Shown: piece after piece, positions 21,580 to 35,147 of the stretch
How positions within the stretch are numbered: position 1 is the stretch's first letter
Layout: each line of letters starts with the position of its first letter
Assembly: GCA_000320545.1 (NCBI GenBank)
Contig: ADNK01002498.1
Coordinates: 1 to 64,000, forward strand
Reading direction: 5' to 3'
Origin: Bigelowiella natans CCMP2755
Taxonomy: Eukaryota; Protista; Cercozoa
DNA length: 64,000 nt
Program-made: the position numbers and the translations under genes
The notes under the pieces: model-generated
Told to the model about the DNA's origin: nothing
The model's database searches: none
The model's input: only the letters and a program-made list of their open reading frames with translations

Positions 21580-21777
21580 AATACCCCATCCTTCCTAGTA
21601 CAACACTCAGAGAGTCATACAAATACAAATTCGGTTCCAGGTACAATGTAAAGTTCGAAGAAGAAGATGACTATGACGAGGACGACGTCCAAGAGCATAC
21701 CACGAAGACAGCCACAGTCATTAAAACAACAAAGTCATAGGGTAATCTCTGAGTTTAGGGTATAGAGAATTAGAAAA

Positions 21778-21861
21778 ATGTTAGATGCAGACATTATCCA
21801 CAGTAATAAGTATATTTCATGTTAGATGCAGACATTATCCACAGTAATAAGTATATTTCAT
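21778..21861. repeat. Exact 41-bp tandem duplication (2 copies)
   Basis: atgttagatgcagacattatccacagtaataagtatatttc at 21778-21818 and 21819-21859. Confidence 0.95.
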
Positions 21862-22963
21862 CGTCCACGTATACTTCATGCTGTTTCGAAGAAGTAAATT
21901 ATAACATAGGGATAAATTAGAAATACAGGGATACTGTTCGATATTGCTTTTTATCTACAATGTCATTTTGAGACGGATGCAATGATTAATTTAATTTAGT
22001 AGCATGCTTCAGTAGTCAAGTGTGTGTAAGATAAGCGCTTCGTTCAACATGCTATCTGGAGTATCACACTTCATTCTAATAGCATTGCATCATGGCCTGA
22101 CTAGATGCGAGATAATTCTTTAATAGGTTTTACAAAATAGCACACGATGTGAGCTATGAAGCAAACTGTACTGTATTATGACGGTATATGTACACTTCAA
22201 AGAGGCTGCGCAAAATCTTTATAATTTTATAATTGCCATGCGTGTCCTCGTTAGTAAAGCTAAGGAGCGTGTAGATGTCATCTAGATAATTATGCACGAA
22301 GAATGCGACTTTGATGCAGTGTTTCATCAACTGCTCGTAGGCCATACAACGCATAGCAGCTTCATCAATGCGATCCTGATGGCGATAAATTGCTATTGTT
22401 CGTCGTAGCACGCTGCTTGCCCGTGTCCTTGCCGCGGCTATGGTGCCATAAGTACACAGGATACTGACGTGCTTAGCTTATTAGCCAGGAACGACGTATG
22501 AAATGTTACCGCTATTTGAACTACTAGCTACTGCTATTTCTTAAAGTATTGCTCCTTTAGTGCTACCATATCTATTGATGAGCGTTCGCTGTGTACAGCT
22601 TTGTATTCGTATGTAATTTATGTACATACAGCAGACATTCGCCCATCAAGGTGCGTCATGATGATACTTCGGATGTAATCTCAAACAAAAGTGATGGACA
22701 AACATATCGTATATGTATAGCATGAATGCAAAAAATGACTCTTAATATACTTATTTGCCATCGCAATATTTTGCTATTTTACTGAATGTAGTGAATAAGA
22801 AGCATCCACCCATATCATTACTCCCAGTCAAAAGGTTCTAGAAAACTATCAATTTCTATAGTAATTCTGAGAGTATTTGTCGAACTTTTCCATGATTTGT
22901 TATATGTCTAGGAAAAATTTAGGTAAAATATATGTGGCAGTAACTCAATAGAAGTGGGACATC

Positions 22964-24264
22964 TTAATGAGTTTTCTTCACAGGAGAACCTTCTTGCTTT
23001 TGTTGCTGCAGCAGCCAGAGGAGACACATCAAACCCAAACATGAAGTATAGAAAGCTACAAACCGAAGAAGCCGGCTGTAATCGACTAGAGCCACAACTA
23101 AAAATCCGGTTGAAAAAACTTTAAGCAAGCTTGGAGCTAATTTTTGCTTGTGGTTCGGCTTATTGGTGCCGCAGACCCGATCCAGTAATGGAACGAATTG
23201 TGAATAACAGTGATCATGATGTCGGTGGTGGCGTGAATGAGCCCTAGGGCCAGTCAAAATGTAGGAAGACAGTAGATGGTCTGGAGAGAGTAAGATGTCG
23301 TAGCCGCAATGATTGATAACAATTAAATAGGTGATGACAATGTCGTAGATGATACGGGTTAGCGTGTGATTCTCCAAGGTATTTACGCTCAGAATTGAGG
23401 GAATGACGCTGAGCCAAAAGTCTGCCATGGAGAATCGAAACGCATCACTTGCATACAAGTCATGGTTCGAATGATGGACGCTGTGAACGTGTCGGTAGAG
23501 CGAGGGCACCTTGTGTAGCGTCATGTGGAGGCAGAAGAAGTAAATATCATAGAAGAAGAGCTGCCCGCACAATTCCCCAATAAACGTCAATGTTGTTGGC
23601 GATTCTGCTGTGACCTTCTTTCGTGGGAAGCAGTAGTCGAAGAAAAGGATAGGCACCAGATAGAAGGCCGGACTGTGAAAGTACTGGAAAAACCTATTGT
23701 GCTTGCTTGTGAACACGCCAGGCTCTCTCTCGTGAAGCCGATATGAATCGAGCACTCCAGTTGCGTCAATTAAAACAAAGATTGTATAGTAGACGGCGAA
23801 GGAATAGGTGCTTACGATGGGCTCGGAGCTATCATGTACCACGAACCTGAAAGTTCAATGAGTAGGCATGGCACAATTTCTTAACAAATATCAAATTCTT
23901 TATGAACGTCAAAACACAGGAAGCCACCGTCGTGGACAAATAATGTTTCCTAAGTTTAAAAATCTAACCAGTGATTCCTCAAGGAATTCTGCCAAAGATC
24001 GTCCAGAATTCCATCAATGGATGAGCGAAACGCAAGTACGCACAGGAGAGATGCGTAGAAGCAGGCACGGACACATGCGATGGTGCTGATATTGAAGCCC
24101 TTAAACGGACGAGTGTTTTTTGGTATTTCCACTTGATTTAAATACGATTCCCTCAGCCAGTAGATGAAAGCGGTGTATCCGCCCACCAAGCTTACGTTGG
24201 AGAGAACGACTGAAAGTGACATACACGGATGCGATCCCAACCTTGCAGAAACACATTTTGTCAT
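22964..24264 (-). CDS. Fatty acid hydroxylase / sterol desaturase superfamily protein (cholesterol 25-hydroxylase / C4-methylsterol oxidase-like); intron 23847-23968; may have further 5' exons
   Basis: His boxes LHMTLH, VHSVHH, INHCGYD, AHSRHH plus hydrophobic segments. The upstream exon joins in frame as ...LRNHW|FVVHDSSEP. Confidence 0.88.
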
Positions 24265-27200
24265 CTACTGAAAGAAAACTCTGGACATGGTAGAATGATA
24301 TCCATGTAAATTGAGCTGGCACTTTACTCACCAGATCAAGTACTTGTGCACCTTCGACTTTTTGAAGGGGTTGGTGCGTTGAGTTGGGTTTTGTGTGGGC
24401 ACTACGAGAGCAGGCAGTTCGGCGAAGACAGCACCCAGAAGAAAAACACAAGTTTCGGTTTCAAACCTAGATCTACTTGTCGTTAGTAAAAAATCTCCGC
24501 TTTTCTTATTAGATATTCATGGAATCTCTTAATCACCTTGAATTCCCCTGCCTTTTGAAGATCGAAAGGGCCTGAATATTCTTCGGCAAAACTCAGGGTG
24601 ACATTGAATGCTTGAGGTTTTACCAATGCGACATTTACAACTGCATGATAATGAAAAAGGGCCGGTGAATAGTGATAAGAAATATTGTTTTTCTTTCGAA
24701 AAAGATTTCTTCGGCTCAACTTCAAATAATTTGAAATAATTCACTCGTCTTCATGCTCGCCCTACTCCTCTTCCTAGTGCTTGGACTTACCGGTGTGTGC
24801 CTAACGCTATTCTCACGTTTTGCTTCAATAACTTTTATTCAATGATGAAAGGGGTTGTTAGAGAGTAGAAGTGAAGTTGAGATTATAACAGATACCTATT
24901 TTAATCTGTTTATTAGAGGCGTCAACGCTCCGATTTCGCGGGCTATCAGTCTCAATCAACCAACCAGGAGAGGTTATGTCGAGTTCCCCAAAGGACTCTC
25001 CACTCTCACTTCCATCTGCAAGTAAACTAGTATCGCAGTTAGCTGCATCGGACGCAAAACTCCCCAAGAAAGCCCTTGCAGAACCAAAACAACACCACGA
25101 CTCCCCCAAGTTGCCGGAAAAAGAGACCATTGCACCACAGGTATGATAACGATACATAATCGAGTTAGTTCTTTCCTAAGAGTTGTGACATCGTTCTTCT
25201 TGGTAACAATTTTTATCAGTTTCGAGTTCCCCCATGCCCATCGTGTGAGCCATCAACGACGGGTCTGCAGTAAATAAAACCACATGGCCTTTTATTCATC
25301 TGTTGATGGCTGGTAAATAACGAGAGTTGGCCCCTTTATTGGTTCCAAGACCTATGGCTTTAAACTGATATCGACAGCATAAATCTCGTTAGGGAGTATT
25401 TAACGCCATGCGCCCTGCTGAGATCGATAGATGTTATTTATTAGACCGAATGTCCTCAACACAGTGTATGCGCTGCTTTCTCCACAAATATGTTTGAAAC
25501 GTTCATCTTTTCATGTTTTATCCATAAAAACACGTGATGTTCTGTCCATGTTATAAGCACACAAAATCATAACATGTGCAAGTATAACATAGTGTACCTG
25601 TCACTAGCGTGTAGCCAGTAACTGTTTCGTAGCGCCAGATGAATGAACAAAGCCTAGCATGAGTGCGATCTTTGGCACAGTTCAGGCACAACATAATCTT
25701 ACATTAGTGAGAGGCACTGAGTTCCTTGCTGAAAATCTATTTCCTGTTCACATTGTGCAGTGCTTGTTCCATCTCGATCAGTCCACACGCAGACTCGAAA
25801 ATGTGAACATGCGATGACAATGAATGATGGACCGCAACAGACATGACATTGGCACAGCACCCATGCCTGTGTGTGCCCAGATGCATCGCACCAATGGCAT
25901 CGCATGCACCGCCGCATGTCTGTGCAATTGTATCTGTTTGCTGAACATCACCAACACCACATGTCTAGATGCATGCGAGGAACACAAGGAACTGCATGCG
26001 TTTGCAAGCTAGGCCTGACTCACAGCTAGACAGCACAAGGTGCCACATGTGCCCATGCCCTCCAGCTCGACGATCAAGCGTGACGCAAGCTGCCAGTTGC
26101 AGCAGCTCGCCTCACACAAATCTCAAGCTGTCTGGCTAGCTGTGGCTTGGTTCACAGATTCTCTCTCATGTTGCCCGGTGACTTCTAGACTTGCAACTTC
26201 AGGATGGTGAGAAGCAGAAGAGGAAGTGAAAATGTTGGAACATCACCGAGAAAATGGGAGCCAACGAAGTTGCGAGGCCCAACGTGCCCCAGACGAGAGT
26301 GTCTCCTACGATGCGATCCACTGGACAGTTGCATGGATGGGGGTGATTTCAAAGAAAGAAAAGAAAGAAAGAACTGTCTCTGATCGGCCGCATTTCCAAA
26401 GTGTTGCATGACACTTGCAAAGTGCGAAACACAGTACCTCGAGCTGAAATGCTGAAATCACGAGGACTCTCTGGACGTGGTGTTGTTGTGTGAAAACTGC
26501 AGCACGCTTGCAAAATTGGCGTGCATGCATGGCTGCACAAATTCATGAGAGAAAAGAGGATTGTCCACAGGGACATGGAAGTTGAGAGGGACGTCAAAGC
26601 GCATCCATCCTGACCAGAAACTTCCTGACAGGCTCCATCGACGAGGCGACCCTTGTCCAACTCACCAGAGGTTTCACCTTGCAGACAGGACTGCTGGTGC
26701 TGAGAGACGGAACCAGAACTTTGAGGCGAATGCACATGAGCAATTGAAAAATTGAATTTCGAATGGTCCTTCTCGGCTACGTTGTCAAGCGTTTTGGTGT
26801 CCCCACGAGAAAAGCAACAGGGTACGTTCTTACATGAGAAATGTGCGATGAGTATTATGTCGCTTGTGCGAAGCCCTAGCTGAAAAGAGCGAACGTTCCA
26901 TCAAAAGTTAGCGAACTCAGAACAAATCAGCTTCAAAAACACATCACATTGGACTTTTAAATATTTTATTGGAGAAATTATGCAAACGACATGGAAAAAG
27001 CGGAAAAAATGGTAGAGACATTGATACATTCAAAAAATTTGGCGCCACTGCGCTAAAGAGTACCAGACGTAGCCAATGTAATTTGCATCTGCGACAACGG
27101 GTATCATGTTGACGCAGAACAATGTATTTACATTGTGCGCTCAGAAAGGTCTGAAAGTTGTCGTCCTGACAGAATTCTGAGCGGAAAGCTTCCATCGAAG

Positions 27201-27429
27201 GTCTTATCCTTCTTCAGCTCCCGGAACTTCTCATCGTGCTCCCCCCTCGTCAACGCGCACCCCCCCCATTCACACCGTTCGAAAAGTCGAATAGTGACTA
27301 CTTTGGGTCATTCAGTCAGATATGGTTGACGAGAAACAAAGAAGCAGAAGCATCGGTATTCCTGCGGTACAGGCCAAATTTGGCTCCCATCTTCTGCCCC
27401 CCCCAGGTCGCTGTGTTGCTCTGAACACA

Positions 27430-28445
27430 ATGTATAGCTCTGTGGTTGTGAGAGAGAGAGAGAGAGAGGTTTTATGCGCCCACTCTGCGTGTGATTTCCT
27501 GTATATTAAATTATCTCCCTTTTCTAGGGTGTTCAGCCGATTAAAAGCAGTCTGTACCCTGTGTCCTCCTGATGTTGTCTATCCTATTTCCTCATTAGAT
27601 CTCGGGGGGGAGAAGGAGAATCATCCAAACCAGGATCAAGGGATAGAACGGTCCAGATCCTATCAATCAGACCTTCGAAGTAAAGCATCGTTCTCCTCTC
27701 AATCGCCGTCGATGGTATTTATAGCCATGCGAGCTGCAACTTTACTAGTGTGTTCAAGCAGCATAAATCTTTGCATAACACATGATGTTTGAATACCTAG
27801 CTGGGAGCCATTGGAGTCGACCCAAACGCTTTAGAGTTGTCACGGAAAAACACCGAGATTGTTATACGCCCCATGGTTAGTCCAGTGTGCGTTTTAAGTT
27901 CAGAGAAATGTGTCGTCCTCAAACATAAATTCGTATGTACGTACTTGTGTTCATATATCAAACTATATTAAGATACATTCATTTGTATATATCGATGAAG
28001 GAGTTCGTTTATTTTGGACGTTTGAGGGATGATGATTTGTGGAACCGTTCTTGACATACAACACACACACACACACACACGCATACGCACGCACGCACGC
28101 ACATTTGTCCACCATGCATATGTAATACTAGGTGCGGACTCCAACTGTCCAGCGCATGTTCTCAAAGATTGAACCTGGCTCACTGCGAGGGTCCATATTC
28201 ACCCTATCTTCCAGTGCTATTGGTGCTGGCGTGCTGTCGCTCCCTTTGGTGATGAAGAACACCGGATTGGTGTTGGGAGGCATCCTCTGTATCGTCGGGG
28301 CGGTGCTTGCGCTTCTCTCGATGAATATGCTGGTAATAGGGGAGGGGATGATGGCGCACGCACGCTACAGTGTGACTATGAAGAAATCCGAATTTGATGG
28401 AAGCAGCAATACATGCTCAACCAACATGCGGACGCAAACACACAA

Positions 28446-28483
<38 letters not shown>

Positions 28484-28913
28484 AGTCCTCGCGCGCGTAG
28501 AGAGGAGACAGAAATAGCAATTGCGAAAGTAATCGTGCGCACCGCCCCCCCCTCCCCCCTCCCTCCATTTCTCTACAGGTCGATACGGCCGATGTAATAT
28601 TGTTCAATCGTGGCGGAAGTGGAGGGCGAGCAATCTCGTACTCCGAACTCGTGTCGCAAGTTCTGGGTCCACGCTGGGGGGTGGGGTTAGAGGTAACGAT
28701 GGTGGTATACTGCTTCGGTACGATCGTCGGCTACCTCCTGGTCATTGGAAAGGCTATAGGCGGTCTCTGCGAAGCTCTTGAAGTAGAATTGCCAAGCGAG
28801 GGGTACGTTGTGTTGTCCTGAGTTGGAAGAAGTGCCCTCCCCTTTCTATTTCATTTTACAGTAAACATGCGTGTGGGGCCCACAATATGAGCAGACACTT
28901 ATACACACAGCAC

Positions 28914-28952
<39 letters not shown>

Positions 28953-30399
28953 CAGACACCATCAAGAGATGATTAACATCCTTCATTCCATATGTACACT
29001 CTGAGCATCCGTCTCCCAACCTCGCAGCTTCCCCATCATGCTGGCCGCGCTGTTTGCGCTACCTCTGACGCTGTTCCGCGACATCTCGTACTTGGCACTC
29101 TCCAGCCTACTTGCCGTCACGGCCATGATCTACGTCTGCTTGTCAATCACGTGAGAACAGACGTTGAAAGATAACAAATAGACCAGAAGAGATCATGATC
29201 ACAATGATGAAGTAGCACGCATGAACTCATGAAATAACCATTCCTTTCGCTTCGCTTCCCTCACCCCTCTCTTCTTCTTCTTCTTCTTCTTCTTCTTCTT
29301 CTTCTTCTTTTTTTCCCCACCATCATCGCAGGTATCGTGGTACGCAGAACGGAACGCTCAAGGACTTGCCCGTGCCACTGTTCCGATTCGGTTCAGACTT
29401 CTGCTCGTCGGCTACTATCGTCTTCTTCGCATACAACTGCCATGTCAACATTTTCTCGATCTACTCGTCGCTTCACTACCCCCTTGTCTCGCGCATGAAG
29501 AAGGTGTGTGCAAAATGCTCTTCGTCATCATCAGCTTCTACACTACCAGCGCACATCGCCATCCTCGTCAAAATGATCGCCCCAATCTGACGTTTGTTTC
29601 TTCGTCATGGATAACATCAGGTAACCCAGCGCGCTGTCGGCCTGGAGGTAGCACTGTACATCCTCGTCGCGTCCTCGGGCTACCTGATGTTTCACCAGGA
29701 CACAGCCGGAAACATCCTACTGAACTTTCCGGCGAGCGATGTGCTGATGAACGTGGGCAAGGCTGGGGTCGCGTGTGCGCTCACTGCATCCCTTCCACTC
29801 TGCTTGCACCCGGCGAGAGAGAATTTCTATCTGTTGTTTTTCAAGTTTTCTGCGCTGTTTAGAGTCAGCGATGAAAAAGGTCGGGCCTGGGTTTCCCTCC
29901 CTCTCTCTCTACCCCCCCCCCCTCTCTCTATCTCTCTCTCTCCATCCATTTCACTCCTCCCCTCTTTTCTTTCTCTCTCTGCGACACACACACGCGCGCG
30001 CGCGCGCGCGCACGCACGCACATATGTCGAGAAAAGTAGCGGCAGATCAGACGGACAACTCACATCCCGCACACATCGTCGACATCCTTGCTCTCTCCCC
30101 TCAGCCTCTCTTTCCTCGCCTAATTCACCAGGAAAACCATTACTATCAAACTCCCCCGCTGGCTCCGGCACACCGCCCTTCGGTGTGTCGCAGAGGAAGG
30201 CTGCTGAAAAGCAGGAAGCGTCCCTACTCTTCCACATCTGTGTGACGCTGTGTATGATGGGCGGCGCGTTGTTCTTGGCGCTCAAAGTCCCAGGAGTGTC
30301 AGTGGTGTTCAGCTTCCTCGGAGCCACGGCTTGCGTAATCATCTGCTATGCGCTCCCGATCATGATGTACGTGTTCCTCTATTTGTGTGTCAATTGTAT

Positions 30400-30460
<61 letters not shown>

Positions 30461-30466
30461 GTACAT

Positions 30467-30505
<39 letters not shown>

Positions 30506-30896
30506 GGCGCCTCACCTTCTCGCAGCAGAACCTGAAAGTGTGGTTAATGCTCGCGCTCCCTCCCCCCCCCCTGCCTCTCCTTCCCTTCCTCCATATGTGC
30601 AGTGTGTAGTTGAGTGAGCGTTTCACTTGTTTTTTTGGTTGGCAAATGGACGCATCTTCGTTGTCCCCATGATCAACACCATCTTCATCACTATATCGTA
30701 ATTTGTCCACTTACATTTTCTTAGGTATGTGGAGGTTATAGAACAGCGCAACATGCTCTCGTCCCGTACATGCATCATGTTGCAGAAAATCGGCCTGTGG
30801 ACCCTTCTGACCGTTCTCATCGTCATAGGAGCTGTCAGCGCATCCGACTCCCTTTCACAAGTTATCGCTATGATCTCTGTTAGCAATGAGAAGTAG
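27430..30896 (+). CDS. Amino acid transporter, Aa_trans (AAAP/SLC38-like) family, multi-exon
   Basis: GSIFTLSSSAIGAGVLSLP, SYSELVSQVLG..GTIVGYLLVIG, FFAYNCHVNIFSIY, GYLMFHQDTAGNILLNF, VVFSFLGATACVIICYALP; last exon ends ..SNEK* at 30896. Start codon tentative. Confidence 0.9.
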
Positions 30897-31196
30897 GAGA
30901 GAGGACACACGCATCAGCTGCATCAGCTGCGACAATGATATTCACAACAGCAAGTATATCAAGGCCCCTATGCATATGTGCATTGGGGAATCGGTCAAGC
31001 GGAGCAAGTCATCTTTGTTTTCTCCTTGTATTATGTGTTACGCTGCTGCGTTCACCTACACTACTACTATTACTACCACCTCCTTCATTCTAGGATGCTG
31101 CCTGGGTTCGGTATCTTTCTTTAGGTCACGAATATTAGCAGACATACCTGTGTGTGTGTGTGTGGGATGTGATGGCACAGACGTATATAACAAATG

Positions 31197-31236
<40 letters not shown>

Positions 31237-32779
31237 GTACATACAAGAATCTGTGTACTAAATATGTGTATCAATCCAATCGCGAACTTTAAAAAATAAA
31301 AGTAATTTTGAATTGAGTCTTCACCACCTTCACAAGTGTTTTCTTCTCGTTGTACCGACGCTTCTGTTGGAGACAACTACGATCCACGTGCTCGTGTTTG
31401 CGTCTACTTTTGGATGTGATATGATTGATGAAAATTTCGATCAAGGTGATTGGCCACCAGTGTGCTTTAATGAGAAGTGCTATATCTTTTCCCTATTTTG
31501 CAGAATGGTGAACTGCATTAGTCATGTAAATATCCCTCGTATCCATAATATTAATGCAGGATTGTGCATTCGTGATGCATTGCATGTCTCTGCGCGGAAA
31601 CTTGCACTTTTTTTTTGCTGCACTTGTTTCAGATGCGTGTAGCTGGATCAGATGAAGCTAAGTTTGTTGCGATGGGTATCCGTCATGCACATAGCTGGCA
31701 GCGCTAGGTGTGCGAGATTGATCGAATACGTGCACTCACATACGAAGCATCGACAACCCATCGATCGCATCACATGCTCATCGTGCACTACGCACACGAT
31801 CTGTGCCCATGGAAACACGTGCTGTGCGCCGCCATTTGTGTGCATGAAAACCCGTAGTTGATCATCGCACACAGAAAAGCCATGCATCCCCATGCCACAA
31901 AATGCAACACTTAGCAGAAGTGCATGCGTCATTGTTTACATGTTGACATCATTGCTCACGTGCGTGCGCGAACCAAAAGACACGTACGTGCATCCGCATG
32001 AATCAACAGCGCCGCTGCCGTTGTTGGCTCAACGACATTCTGTCTTCTTGCGGGACGGTTGGGTGCCGTGTTTCCAAGTGCGAGTTGATGGTGTTCAGCT
32101 CGTCCTTTGTAACAATTCAAACGAAACACATTGTCACAAAAGGTGCGTGCGCCCCGAAGCGGAACGCTCGAAAAGCGATTCAAAATCTCGCAAAGCTAGA
32201 AAGGTGGGAAAAAATGAACCCAGCAGAACGTTCATGCCACCATTTCCCTGACCCCTGAATGGCGGCATGAGACTGCACGTTGTTGTCCTTTCTCAGCGAA
32301 AGAACAACTGCTGCCCCAACAAAGCCAGACTTGCTAGCTTGACACACACGCCTGCCAATGGGGCCTCGGCAGCCTTGGCATGCCGCTGCCGTCATTGCTC
32401 GAGCGTTCCTACTCACATCAATTCAAGATTCAACATTCATGTTCATTCGACATTCCAACGAGATGTGCCACCGGCACTGCTGACAAGCTGGACACGCCTC
32501 AAGCAGTTGCTTCGGATGAGGGATGGGTCCGGCAGTTCCGAGGGGGAACATGTCCGTGCGGATAAAATCTTTTGTTTGTTATCTACGACAACGTTTTTTT
32601 TTTGTCGCTGCTACAGCGTGTAATATCCGAAGAAAATGATAAAAAGTTGTTGGTTTCCTTCACTACGACATCATTTTCTTCTTCAAGCTCGCATCGACAC
32701 CAAGCCGACTACGTCGAGACAATTTTCGGCTTTCTCTGTTTGACCCCTGAAACGCCTTGCCGGGACACGTGATCACACT

Positions 32780-34021
32780 ATGCAGCCTGGGCTGCTGTTA
32801 TCTGTCTCTACGGCATAGCATCAAGGCTGGAACTGCATATGGAGGCTCTCTCCCGACGATTTTCATCGCAGCTTTAACTAGAATACCAATGCATGCTATT
32901 GGATGATGAGCGTCAGACAACTGCTTCCGCATGTAATCCCGTGGTGAAGATGTCGATGACTTTCGGAAGAAGGCCATCGACATGATACTTTGCAACCAGA
33001 TGAATATCAAGGAATAATTTCCACAGGTGATAAGGAGCAACGAACATATCTAGAGAGCGCATCGCGTGGGCAATTTGGCAACGACAGCGAGCGCGAACGA
33101 GTGAATGTAATCGGGCAAAGGTTCTCCAGGAATATTGTGCTCAAAGGATATCTGACAGCAATACTAACCGTCATACGCAACCTCTTAGGTACCAGAAATG
33201 GGAGGATCTATGCATCACGTCCTCTTCCGATTCTCTGGATGCTTTGGACCCGACGGAAGAAAAAGCCGAGCTGGTGGAACCGGCTGCCAGCGATCTTAAC
33301 CCGTTGCAAGTACCATATCACATTGTTTTAGAAGTTGATTCAGCCGGCTTATCTTCCACCATCCCGATTCTCCTTTTTGCATCATTTGAAGGGAACGTGG
33401 ATTCAGGAGAACCCGAGTCGCTTCTATACAATTTCGGGTCGACGCTTGATCGATTCTCGGAGAAAAATTGTCGGAGCCCTCTATAAGCGGGTGACGGATC
33501 AGCTTCATTGTAATGGAAATTAATCGCGGATTTTGGATGATAGTTTTTCGTACACCATTAGGCGACCAGCGGAAGAATGTTCATTGTGGGGAGTATTCTG
33601 TTTCGAAAGGGTTTCGAAGTAGACAGGGAAGGTATCCTATTCATTCCTTGAATTTTCAGATACTCCGTATGTGTTATAGTATCATATGTCTAACTACTGT
33701 TCTATTGGTTAGGATCTTCACTGACTTTGCATTGTGAGAGGTAACCCCACCCCCCCCCCCTACACACGCACATAAATTAGCAATATTTTCATGCGTAACC
33801 TTTATTCACACTTTCTCTTCTCTTGCACAAAACGTATCAGGTTAAATTCTACACTAAAATGGGACCGAGGATTATTCAATCTTCCGCCTGATCAGCAGAC
33901 TCAGATTAGAAGTCAGCTACAGCGAATGAATGTATCATCGAGTTCTCAAATGGAAGTTGCGCAAGGAATTAGAGAACTTCTCAAAAACCGATCCTCAACG
34001 AATACTAGCCAGCAGGGATGA
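32780..34021 (+). CDS. Probable short multi-exon hypothetical protein
   Basis: Several short GT..AG-bounded open segments (e.g. YQKWEDLCITSSSDSLDALDP, GTWIQENPSRFYTISGRRLID, terminal LNSTLKWDRGLFNLPP..SQQG*). No family recognised; structure uncertain. Confidence 0.35.
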
Positions 34022-34435
34022 TATACGGAAGCCTTGTATTTTGGATACTGTTGTGTTCTTCCATGAAATGCATAGAACTACACACGCAGTTATGTAAATG
34101 TGCAGCACGGTATTTTTACAATTTGGAAGTGTTACGATGCATTCGGTCGCCTTTGATCATAGCAATATAAATAAGCGTCCTGCATGGATTCACGCAAAGT
34201 TGAGATACATATCAGCACTTTAAAAAGGTTTTCATGATGTTTTATGCCTACATTACTATATAAACATATGGAATAATATTTATGTGTACTAAACATGTAT
34301 TTTCGTCAAGCGTTTTGTCTCGCCATTCCTGTCCATGATCGCTCATGAGATGGATGCAATGAAATTGTTACAGTTTTTCAATGGTCATCCAAATGTAATT
34401 GTGCAATGCTGCGGCTACAGCGTTCATGTTTGATC

Positions 34436-34475
<40 letters not shown>

Positions 34476-35147
34476 CGGAATAGAAGCGCACAATGCTAGA
34501 ATGATGAGCGTGCTTGTCGCTCCATACGAAGCGACTAGCGACATGAGTGCTTTTGCATGCGCATGAAACACATGCTGATCGAAACAAAGAGATGCAACAT
34601 GAGCATCTCACATCTATCTCATGTATGCATGCTGGGTGCTGTGGTGCGTACACGTAATGTTGAGTGGAGTATCTGCACCGAGGCGTGCATGTCATTACGT
34701 ATTTCACACGATCGATGTGGTGCAAGAGTTTAATGGGGTAGAATTTATTACGCGTTGCCTACTTGCGGTGCGCAGGATCGATGTCATTGCGCTGTGCAGT
34801 CAATGCCAGGCATCATTGTGCACACACACACACACTGTTAAGTTTAGCATCGCATATTTACAAAATATTCTCGCCGAACATAGGTTGCCACGAACGTAAC
34901 CTGCATGTGCAGCGTAGACAAGTGTGCTAATTTGTTGTAGAAACGTCAGCAATTTTGTAGTTGGGCTTGTGGCGTCTGTGTACTTGAATGGTCGATATCT
35001 TTTGAGATGATCGAGGCTAAAAGCGGCTTTATTAACGCCGCACATATGAACATAACTTTAACGTTAATCTTTTTCCAAGCCTTGCCTCCGTTATGAGACT
35101 CTTATTTTAATGTGCTGTAAGATATGCTCGGCCTTTAAAGGCGGCGA

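Noticed and set aside
21115-21740. 154-aa and 89-aa ORFs as standalone genes
   Set aside because: They are read-throughs of MDM35 exons, introns and 3' UTR; the spliced model explains the conserved part.
24280-25400. Exon-like minus-strand fragments upstream of the hydroxylase
   Set aside because: Could be extra 5' exons or a separate gene; not resolvable without transcripts.
26540-26610. KRIVHRD kinase-like motif in a decayed intergenic block
   Set aside because: No other kinase motifs (VAIK, DFG, APE) in frame and stops nearby; chance or an unrecognisable relic.
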